From NCBI GenBank assembly GCA_963712395.1, contig CAVQHR010000008.1, positions 912,373 to 976,372 on the forward strand: DNA of 64,000 bases, written 5' to 3'. Position numbers and translations under genes: made by a program. Within the stretch, counting starts at the first letter, position 1. Every line of letters starts with the position of its first letter. Positions 56,408 to 64,000 of this stretch are shown one piece after another. The notes under the pieces are model-generated. The model ran no database searches and was not told where the DNA came from. It saw only the letters and a list, made by a program, of their open reading frames with translations. Origin of the DNA: Bryobacterales bacterium. Its GTDB lineage: Bacteria; Acidobacteriota; Terriglobia; Bryobacterales; Bryobacteraceae.

Positions 56408-56588
56408 AGTTCAACTTAATTAACACAATCAGGGGTGCGATAGGCCGTCGCATTGTTCGAATTCTGATCGATGATGTGATACGCGGTGAAAAAACCTGTC
56501 GAAAGAATCCGGTTGGCCGGCTACTCGGGTAGTTGAGACCGGAAAACAGGGTTAGCTCCAACTGGGATGGAACGCTACTTTTCGAGGA

Positions 56589-57509
56589 GTGCAGTCATGC
56601 TTTGCGGCCGGAAAGACGTATACTGCTCGATTGGTCCGCCGCCGACAGCATGTTTTTACCGGCCTGTTGCGCGTTGTATCACTTGGCCTTATTTTGGTCT
56701 CGTGTGTATCTCACAAGGCAGGTGAAACGAAGTTCAGTAAGCACCACCTTCTGCGTTACGCGTGGGTTCCCAAGGGCAACTTTGAGATGGGTTGCTCGGT
56801 TGGCGATTCCGAATGCGATTCAATTGAGAAGCCCGCTCGAAGGGTGGTCATATCACGAGACTTATGGATTGGACAGACCGAGGTAACAGTCGGTGCATAT
56901 AAGCAATTTATCCGACAAACACGCGGGGAAATGCCTCCGGAACCCAAATGGCACGATCGATCTCTCAATGCCGGATGGCAAGATCAAGGTCAACCTATTG
57001 TGAACGTGACATGGAGCGAAGCACAAGCGTTTTGTGCCTGGACGGGTGGCCGCCTGCCAACCGAATCTGAATGGGAGTACGCAGCTCGCGCTGGAAGCAC
57101 AACCGCGAGGTATGCCGATATCGGCTCGATAGCGTGGTACTCCGATGACAGTGGCAAGACGCCCTTTGACGGCGAAGCAGTAATGAAATCAGATCCAGGG
57201 GACTATGGGGAACTCTTGTATAAGAGCGGTGCGTATCCTCACCGGGTCGCTGAAAAAGCCCCGAACCATTGGAATCTGTACGATATGTTGGGCAACGTTT
57301 GGGAGTGGACAGACAGCTTGTTTCCAGGATTTGAACAAGAGAAGAATGAGCGGCGTCAATCGCTCGGCCCCCGATTGCGACAGCAAATCTTGCGCGGCGG
57401 TGCCTGGAGCTTTACAGCACGCCTGAACCGAGTTTCCGCGAAAGGTACTGCGCCGCAACTGCACCGCAGTACTAGCATCGGTTTTCGTTGCGTTCTAAAC
57501 GGCTTTTAA
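56589..57509 (+). CDS. formylglycine-generating-enzyme (SUMF1) family protein
   Basis: VNVTWSEAQAFCAWTGGRLPTESEWEYAARAG, LYDMLGNVWEWT, LRGGAW, SIGFRCV. N-terminal LILVSC is lipobox-like. Confidence 0.85.
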   Translation: MQSCFAAGKTYTARLVRRRQHVFTGLLRVVSLGLILVSCVSHKAGETKFSKHHLLRYAWVPKGNFEMGCSVGDSECDSIEKPARRVVISRDLWIGQTEVTVGAYKQFIRQTRGEMPPEPKWHDRSLNAGWQDQGQPIVNVTWSEAQAFCAWTGGRLPTESEWEYAARAGSTTARYADIGSIAWYSDDSGKTPFDGEAVMKSDPGDYGELLYKSGAYPHRVAEKAPNHWNLYDMLGNVWEWTDSLFPGFEQEKNERRQSLGPRLRQQILRGGAWSFTARLNRVSAKGTAPQLHRSTSIGFRCVLNGF

Positions 57510-57832
57510 CTCGTCGCTAGGCAACACAGCAAAGAGCACATACTGGCTCAGCCTAGACTGGCAGTCCTACAATACGAGCGCAGCCATTGTCCAGAAGCGC
57601 CACTTTTTGGCCAGTGAGCCAAAAGTCAGGAGACACCGCAACGCCGTTCTTCTGGTCGCTTCCGAGCCGGGGCGACTGGTACGGAAACATGGTAAGTATC
57701 GGCAATGAATTGTCCGCGCTTCGACAGGACGGCAGATCCCGGCCCTGATTTTGCTCAGTGCCCACCCTTATAGCGAAATATTTGGAACCTAAGCGTTGCT
57801 GCTTTCGTTTGACCCATAGTCTGGACTAGGGA

Positions 57833-58165
57833 ATGCCACCTGAAATACCGGAACTTCTACCGGGGACTCTTTATCTTCTGATTCTTCGCACACTGAAGGG
57901 CGGCGCCCTTCACGGTTATGCCATCGCGAAACGGATTAAAGAGGCATCAGCGGATTCGCTCATCGTCGAGGAGGGATCGCTCTATCCGGCGCTGAACCGG
58001 ATGCTGGTGAAGGGATGGCTAACGGCTGAGTGGGGCAACTCCGAAAACAATCGAAAGGCCCGCTTTTACAAGTTAACACCGCTGGGCGCTGCGGAATTGA
58101 GGCGGCAAGTGCGACAGTTCGAGGATATGGTGCAGGCGATTTCCCTGATCATCCGGACGGCATGA
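57833..58165 (+). CDS. PadR-family transcriptional regulator
   Basis: LYLLILRTLKGGALHGYAIAKRI...GSLYPALNRMLVKGWL. Confidence 0.9.
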   Translation: MPPEIPELLPGTLYLLILRTLKGGALHGYAIAKRIKEASADSLIVEEGSLYPALNRMLVKGWLTAEWGNSENNRKARFYKLTPLGAAELRRQVRQFEDMVQAISLIIRTA

Positions 58166-58178
58166 AGAAGGAGGCTCA

Positions 58179-60782
58179 ATGAACTGGTGGCAAGAACTGA
58201 GGCGTAAAGCTGATTTTCTCCGGAAGCAAAACGGCTTCGCCGAAGATCTGGACAGTGAAATAGAGTTTCACATCGCGACTCGCGCAGAAGAGCTGACGGC
58301 CGCTGGAATGGCAGCGCGCGACGCACAGGCACAGGCGCAGCGCGAGTTTGGACCTAAATTGTGCGTACAGGAAGATAGTCGCGCGGCGTGGCAGGTTCAA
58401 TGGTTGGAAGACCTTTTCTCGGATCTGAATTACGCTGGGCGCGCGTTGCGGCGCAATCCGAGTTTTGCGCTCGCCGCGGTGATGTCGCTAGCGTTAGGAA
58501 TCGGTGCGAACACGACGATTTTCAGCTTTACGATGGAGTTTTTATTCAGCAATCCTTCGTGTCGCGATGGGGCGAGTTTGCGATACGTGCTGATTGGGAG
58601 GAACAGCCACTCGGCGATCGATCGTTATAACTTTCTGCGCGGCTCTAATACCTTCGCGGGCGTTGCGGGATCGAATGAGGAGACGGAAAGCAACTGGCGG
58701 AACGGCTCCTCCACGGAACGGATCTGGGCGGTCAATGCTACGGATAACTTCTTCGACGTGGTGGGTGTTCCTGTAGCGTTCGGTCGCCCCATTCACGCTG
58801 GGGAGCAGAACGAAGTGGTCCTGAGCTATGCGTTTTGGAAAGGCAAGCTCGGCGGCAATACGGAGATAATCGGTCGCAGACTGGTCTTGGATGGAGATGT
58901 ATACACAGTAGTGGGAGTGCTGCCAGCCAATCATCGGACGCTCACGGGACTCGGTTTATCGCCGGACTTATATAAAACCTTCCGCCAAGCGCTGTTCCGG
59001 CTGGCGATCTATATTCGATTGCCTGACGGGATGTCTCGCGCCGAGGCCTTCGCGCGGTTGCAGGAACTCGTAAAGCAGCTAGACCGTATCCATCCGCAAC
59101 CCGGGGCAACACAAGCCGATGGATTGGAAATGCGTCCGGTCGCTGGAATGGGCCGCCTGCGATCTGTTCCCATGATTCCGCTTACGGCATTCTTCGCCAT
59201 GTTAATGCTGGTGGTGGGTCTGGTACTTTTGATCGCTTGCGCGAATGTGGCGAGTTTACTGGTGGCAAGAGCCGCCAGCAGACAGCAGGAACTCTCGATC
59301 CGTCAGGCGATCGGAGCCGGCAGAGGGCGGATTGTGCGGCAATTGCTCGCCGAGAGTCTGCTACTGGCGGCGCTTGGGATGGCAGCCGGTTTGGCGCTGA
59401 ACGTTATCGCCACTAAGACCATGAACGGCATTCGGCTGCCGCTGCCTGTTCCACTGCGTCTTCATATCGAGCCGGACTGGAGATTGCTGAGTTACTCTAT
59501 CTCACTGGCGGCAGTCAGCGCGTTGTTGTGCGGCCTTCTTCCGGCATTGAAGGCAACACGGCGCGACGTAAATCGTGGCTTGAAGATCGAGGAACGGCAG
59601 ACTGCTGGGCAATCGCGAGTTCAAAGATTTCTGGTGGCCGGCCAGCTTGCCGTTTCGGTTTTGTTGTTGACGGTAAGCTTTTTGTTCCTGAAGAATCTGT
59701 TGTTAGCGGCGAACATGAGCCCGGGATTCGACGTGCATCATACAGTGTGGGCATACATGCGGCTTGTTCCCGAGCATTACACCAAACGCGAACAAATCGA
59801 TCCCGTGGTGCGGGCTTCGCTTGAAAGGTTGCGAACGCTGCCGGGAGTCGAATCCGCAGCTACGCTCGAGGTCGTACCGTTAAACGGGAATCGGCATAAT
59901 ACAGCTGACGCCCGCATCGATAGCAGCGCGACGGCTCAGATCATAAGGTACGAAGAAAATGCCGTCGGCCCCGATTACTTCAAAACCATGGGCATTTCGT
60001 TGATTGCGGGCCGCGAGTTCCTGTCTTCCGACACGAGGAATGCGCCCGGAGTGGTGATCCTGAACAACAGTCTCGCGCGCCAGTTGTTTGGAGATAAAAA
60101 CGCGGTGGGGCACACCATTCGGCTACATGCGGGGAAGCCGCAGACGATCGTCGGAGTAGCCAAGGACAGCAAATACTTCACCTTGGGTGCGGAACATGTT
60201 CCGGCCATGTACTCCTGCTATTTTCAATCCGAGGATGCGGTTGTAAACCTGAACTTCATGGTGCGGAGCGTCCTGCCGCCAGCGAGCCTGGTGAAGGAAA
60301 TAAGCCAGACGCTCATCTCCATCGACCGGACCGCCGCTTTAGAAGTTAAGCCGATGGAGAAATCGATGGCTTTTGCGATGCTTCCGAGCCAAGTTGGAGC
60401 CACGCTGCTTGGCAGCATGGGTGTGCTTGCGCTGCTACTCGCTGCAGTGGGAGTCTATGGAATTCTTATTTATTCGGTCAGCCGGCGCCTGCGAGAGTTT
60501 GGCTTGAGAATGGCACTAGGAGCGGCGCGGACGGCGGTAGTCATGCTCGTGTTGAAGGATAGTTTTTGGATGCTCTTTGGCGGCACGGCGGTGGGATTGT
60601 CACTGGCGTTTGTGGCAACGCCGCCGCTTTCTTCGTTCCTGATATCGGACGTGAACACTCACGACGTGGCGGCGTTCGCTCTTACGGTTGCCGTCCTTGG
60701 GGCGGTGGCTTTGGCGGCCAGCGCCGCTCCGGTTTTACGTGCAGTGCGGGTCGACCCGGCGGTTGCTCTTCATTACGAGTGA
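58179..60782 (+). CDS. ADOP-type duplicated MacB/FtsX-like ABC permease
   Basis: 867 aa. Two MacB-periplasmic plus FtsX 4-TM halves, the N-terminal DLDSEIEFHI motif and a PadR partner upstream. Confidence 0.9.
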   Translation: MNWWQELRRKADFLRKQNGFAEDLDSEIEFHIATRAEELTAAGMAARDAQAQAQREFGPKLCVQEDSRAAWQVQWLEDLFSDLNYAGRALRRNPSFALAAVMSLALGIGANTTIFSFTMEFLFSNPSCRDGASLRYVLIGRNSHSAIDRYNFLRGSNTFAGVAGSNEETESNWRNGSSTERIWAVNATDNFFDVVGVPVAFGRPIHAGEQNEVVLSYAFWKGKLGGNTEIIGRRLVLDGDVYTVVGVLPANHRTLTGLGLSPDLYKTFRQALFRLAIYIRLPDGMSRAEAFARLQELVKQLDRIHPQPGATQADGLEMRPVAGMGRLRSVPMIPLTAFFAMLMLVVGLVLLIACANVASLLVARAASRQQELSIRQAIGAGRGRIVRQLLAESLLLAALGMAAGLALNVIATKTMNGIRLPLPVPLRLHIEPDWRLLSYSISLAAVSALLCGLLPALKATRRDVNRGLKIEERQTAGQSRVQRFLVAGQLAVSVLLLTVSFLFLKNLLLAANMSPGFDVHHTVWAYMRLVPEHYTKREQIDPVVRASLERLRTLPGVESAATLEVVPLNGNRHNTADARIDSSATAQIIRYEENAVGPDYFKTMGISLIAGREFLSSDTRNAPGVVILNNSLARQLFGDKNAVGHTIRLHAGKPQTIVGVAKDSKYFTLGAEHVPAMYSCYFQSEDAVVNLNFMVRSVLPPASLVKEISQTLISIDRTAALEVKPMEKSMAFAMLPSQVGATLLGSMGVLALLLAAVGVYGILIYSVSRRLREFGLRMALGAARTAVVMLVLKDSFWMLFGGTAVGLSLAFVATPPLSSFLISDVNTHDVAAFALTVAVLGAVALAASAAPVLRAVRVDPAVALHYE

Positions 60783-61325
60783 GTCACCGCCCAAAAACAG
60801 GTCTCACGCTAGTGCTCGTGACACCGGGTTACCTTCCATTGAGGGGCGGATTGTCATGGAACGCCACTTCAAGACTGCGACGGCCATGCCTATACAAAAA
60901 ATCCCGAGGATGCGCCGGGCCTGACGGTAGTAAACACATACCCGGCGACCTCACGATCGACAGGTATGCAGCTTCAGGAACTCGGCTTCTTTGGCCGGCT
61001 CGCGCGAACGGAAAAGGGAATTTGCATGGCCGCTTTAGTGGCGATGCTCGCAAGTGTGGGAGTTGTCTTCGCGATTAGTGGCTACGACGCTGTCGCCGGG
61101 CCAATTGTCTGTCTAATCGCCGTGATTGCCGGCCTACCCCACTTATTGCCGCCACACCGAGAGGATGCGACGCGGGAAGGAAATCCTCAACCGCTACGGT
61201 CCCGAGCGTAATCCTAGACCGGTTGGACTTTGATTTGGGTCATGGTTCGTACTACGTCCTGAATCGTCCTAATCTAGTAACTTTCTCCTACTGAGATTCG
61301 TCACTCGGTTCGAGGAGTTGACCCG

Positions 61326-62438
61326 ATGTCTCGTTGCTTCCTATTCGTTGCCGCTTGCCTCGTTTCACAGAACTTAGCATCGGCACAGGCGCTAACATCT
61401 GCTTCTGCGCCAATGAGATTTGTCAATCCGTGGGTTTCCGCCGCGCAGCCGAACATTCCCACAGATCCGCTCGAGATCGCCGGGAATGCAGAGCCGGTGC
61501 AGGACGTCGCGCAAAGAGCGAAGGCGATTAACCTGCTCAACAATTCGCAGTTTCTTTCTAATGTGCGTCGTGTTCCGTATGATCTGAAAACGCACTTCAC
61601 CTCCTCGCAGGGAACATGGCAAATCGAAGATTCGTCGCCCGGACGCAACATTTACCGCTGGGTGGTCCAAAGCCCCTCCTATTCCGGGGCAAACCTCTTT
61701 CTCGATCGAGTAATTTACAGCAACCAATCGGCAACAAGCATTCCGTTACGTTTGGCACAAGTGCATTCCGCCATTTTCGCGCATCATCCTGCTTATGGCC
61801 CGCGCGCGACGCTGCGCATTGCCAACGGCAATTTGAACGGCACGCAAGTGACTTGTGTTCTGGTTTCGCACTTGTTCAATGCTCAGTCAGTAGGCGGTCC
61901 GCGCCGTTGGGAAGAGTATGAATCCTGCATCGATCCACAGTCGGGGCTACTGATGTCTTACTCGCCCGTACCGGGGATGTACGTGATCTACGACTATTCG
62001 AACGCCAAGCACCTGGGGAATATCACGTTCCCCGGTAAATTCACGATCACCGAAGCTGGACAAACTGTCGTGGAAGCTCAGGTAGACAGCCTCACGCCGC
62101 CTGCAACTGTGGATGCATCTCTCTACACTCCGGCGGGCTTAAAAGCGCTAGGGGTCGGCTTTCCCCTGACTGCGCCTTGGAGGATGCAAGACATAGAGTA
62201 TGAGGGAAAACCGAATCCCAATGTAACCAAAGCGCAGTTCGTAGTTGTTCGCGGCATGGTTTCTCCCGACGGCAGTCTTACGGATGCTGAAGTGGTGGCC
62301 AGCTCTAACCCAGATTTGAACCAAAAGGCATTGGAACGGGCTGCGCAGTCCCACCGGATGATGCCTCAAGACGATCAAAATGGCGCAACGCCGCAATCGC
62401 ACGAAGCTTTTTTCACCACGCTGTTTGTCAGTAATTAA
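61326..62438 (+). CDS. exported hypothetical protein with TonB-C-like tail
   Basis: Signal peptide MSRCFLFVAACLVSQNLASAQA. The C-terminal VVRGMVSPDGSLTDAEVVASSNPDLNQKALE resembles TonB C-domain text. Confidence 0.45.
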   Translation: MSRCFLFVAACLVSQNLASAQALTSASAPMRFVNPWVSAAQPNIPTDPLEIAGNAEPVQDVAQRAKAINLLNNSQFLSNVRRVPYDLKTHFTSSQGTWQIEDSSPGRNIYRWVVQSPSYSGANLFLDRVIYSNQSATSIPLRLAQVHSAIFAHHPAYGPRATLRIANGNLNGTQVTCVLVSHLFNAQSVGGPRRWEEYESCIDPQSGLLMSYSPVPGMYVIYDYSNAKHLGNITFPGKFTITEAGQTVVEAQVDSLTPPATVDASLYTPAGLKALGVGFPLTAPWRMQDIEYEGKPNPNVTKAQFVVVRGMVSPDGSLTDAEVVASSNPDLNQKALERAAQSHRMMPQDDQNGATPQSHEAFFTTLFVSN

Positions 62439-63196
62439 TTGAATCAATCGCTTGCTCTAATAGAAGCGTTTTCGGTGCGTTTTTTCGGATACGATCCTAG
62501 CTTTAACGTTCGCTGCGTGTGGTTTGTGGCCAAAAAATCGAGCGACGCGTGTCTCAGTGGACGGGAACGCCACATTCATGGTAATGACATCCCTGGCGCC
62601 AGCGTGCCTAGCAAGGAATAGTCGCGATGGTTCGGCGGATGGGCTAAAATTGGCCTGCTGCAAGTCTAAAAGGCTTGCAGTTTGCGTCTCGGTGTGATGG
62701 TCGGATTGGCTAGGAAAGGTCGAGACTGCGTGAAGCGAAAATGGGTTGCGGTTATCATTTTCTGGACCTTGTTTCTATTCTCAATTGGCAATCCAGTAGT
62801 GAGTCGTATTTGGGTCGCCGGGTTTTGGCTATTTCTGATGGTCGTGTCTGTTTACTCTGTCCACCAGACATTTCGCCATTGTCACCAGACAAGCCACCGT
62901 TCCTATAGAAGAGTCCCTCGCTGGTTGGAAAGATTTTCGCTGGACGAATAAGAACTGGATAAGCCTACCCAAAACACGTGATCGCAAAACACACTTTATT
63001 GCGGAGCAAATCCGATCGGCCCTAATTTTGTGAACGCTTCTCAGTGTCCGGAAGCACCACTTCACGAGACCGTGAACTTCGGCCGAATCTATGTGGCCGC
63101 GTCTACTGGATTGCCAATTCGTCAGAGGTCTTCAAGGCATGTGGTAGTGCTATCGCAGCTTGCTGAGAAAGGTAGCAAGCTCGGTTCGCGGCGATT

Positions 63197-64000
63197 TTAC
63201 CTGCCCCGAAACTTCTTCAGAATGCCTTTCAGGAAACGCTCTGTCCATACGCCAAATGGCTGGTCCGTGGTGAGGTAGGTCCAAACGGCGCCCCGGTCGA
63301 CGAAACTGATACCGCCGTCCGCCTCTGCTTGGGCGAGGCGACGAGCAACTTCCTTGGGTATTTCAACTTCCAATTCCGGAAACCATTGATCGATTTGTCG
63401 CAGAAACGTAAAATGCGGGTCACGGTAGTCGATACCGACGAAAAAGCCTGGAACGGCCGCAAAGGATTGCCAGGGGATGCCAGCCCGGAAATTCTCTAGC
63501 CGGGCAAGATAGTCAGCCCATAGATCGTCGATGACGCGTAGTCTGATCTGCCGCTCGAGCTCGCACTGGCACGGAGTTGTGCCATCGAGTACTGCCTGAC
63601 GGTAGGTATGGATTTTGTTCCGCTGCCCCTCTACGGGTAGGTCGTATCGGAGCAGGAACTCGCGCTGATCCAGATGTTGACCCTCTACCAAGCGTTGTAG
63701 GGATTCCGGATCGTTGCGGTACCGCGGGTTGAGATCCTCGTACTTCACCATCAACGGGTCCTCTAACGAAACAAAGAATCGCGAGCGGCCCGGATCACCC
63801 TGGCGCCCCGCGCGACCCCGCAGTTGATTGTCAATCCGCCGGCTCTCGTGCCGGTTCGTGCCAATTACATATAGGCCACCGAGTGCAACTACTCCGTCAC
63901 CAAGACAAATATCGGTGCCTCGCCCCGCCATATTCGTTGAGATGGTCACAGCGCTCCTCTGCCCAGCCTTCGCGATAATCGCAGCTTCCACCTCGTCATT
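63197..64000 (-). CDS. SecA-family ATPase, C-terminal part (5' end outside window); short paralog
   Basis: [40 protein letters not shown] and [12 protein letters not shown]. Only ~190 aa follow this motif. Confidence 0.8.
   Translation of the reverse strand, partial: NDEVEAAIIAKAGQRSAVTISTNMAGRGTDICLGDGVVALGGLYVIGTNRHESRRIDNQLRGRAGRQGDPGRSRFFVSLEDPLMVKYEDLNPRYRNDPESLQRLVEGQHLDQREFLLRYDLPVEGQRNKIHTYRQAVLDGTTPCQCELERQIRLRVIDDLWADYLARLENFRAGIPWQSFAAVPGFFVGIDYRDPHFTFLRQIDQWFPELEVEIPKEVARRLAQAEADGGISFVDRGAVWTYLTTDQPFGVWTERFLKGILKKFRGR

Overview
High-GC bacterial window. The gene content suggests Acidobacteriota (inference only): a PadR regulator next to an ADOP-type duplicated FtsX permease, a CarboxypepD_reg-type TonB-dependent receptor, a PEP-CTERM protein, a TIGR02999-like ECF sigma and many exported hydrolases. 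Layout: (1) 1-10.6 kb is an intact conjugative (ICE/plasmid-type) module. It holds VirB10 end, VirB5/TrbJ, VirB6/TrbL, VirB8/TrbF, an RHH protein, MobC, a type IV coupling protein, a TrwC-like MOBF relaxase-helicase, VirB11, SSB and a Zn-ribbon ORF. (2) 10.8-13.3 kb is an IS91-family element carrying a tyrosine recombinase and a frameshifted Y2 transposase. (3) 13.4-41.1 kb is a mosaic accessory stretch dense in broken genes. The broken genes are a Ser/Thr kinase fused to a cupin remnant, an ECF sigma, a TonB-dependent receptor, SoxCD-like sulfite dehydrogenase, an integrase, DinB, a beta-lactamase-family remnant and a LigD remnant. The same stretch contains an intact 1.2k-aa TIR-NB-ARC-WD40 STAND protein, a patatin-like lipase, a ~300 bp miniature derivative of the IS91-like element, and a ~5.3 kb segment bracketed by a perfect 24 bp hairpin repeat. 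(4) 41.2-43.7 kb returns to conjugative leading-region content: ArdC plus an ECF-like sigma/anti-sigma pair. ArdC and SSB share a conserved hairpin-containing leader. (5) 44-64 kb looks like ordinary intact cargo or chromosome: DoxX/NmrA/TetR, a run of seven exported enzymes, PadR-ADOP permease, and a partial short SecA-like ATPase. I found no rRNA, tRNA or CRISPR array. All calls come from reading translated motifs and by-eye alignments; no database search was possible.
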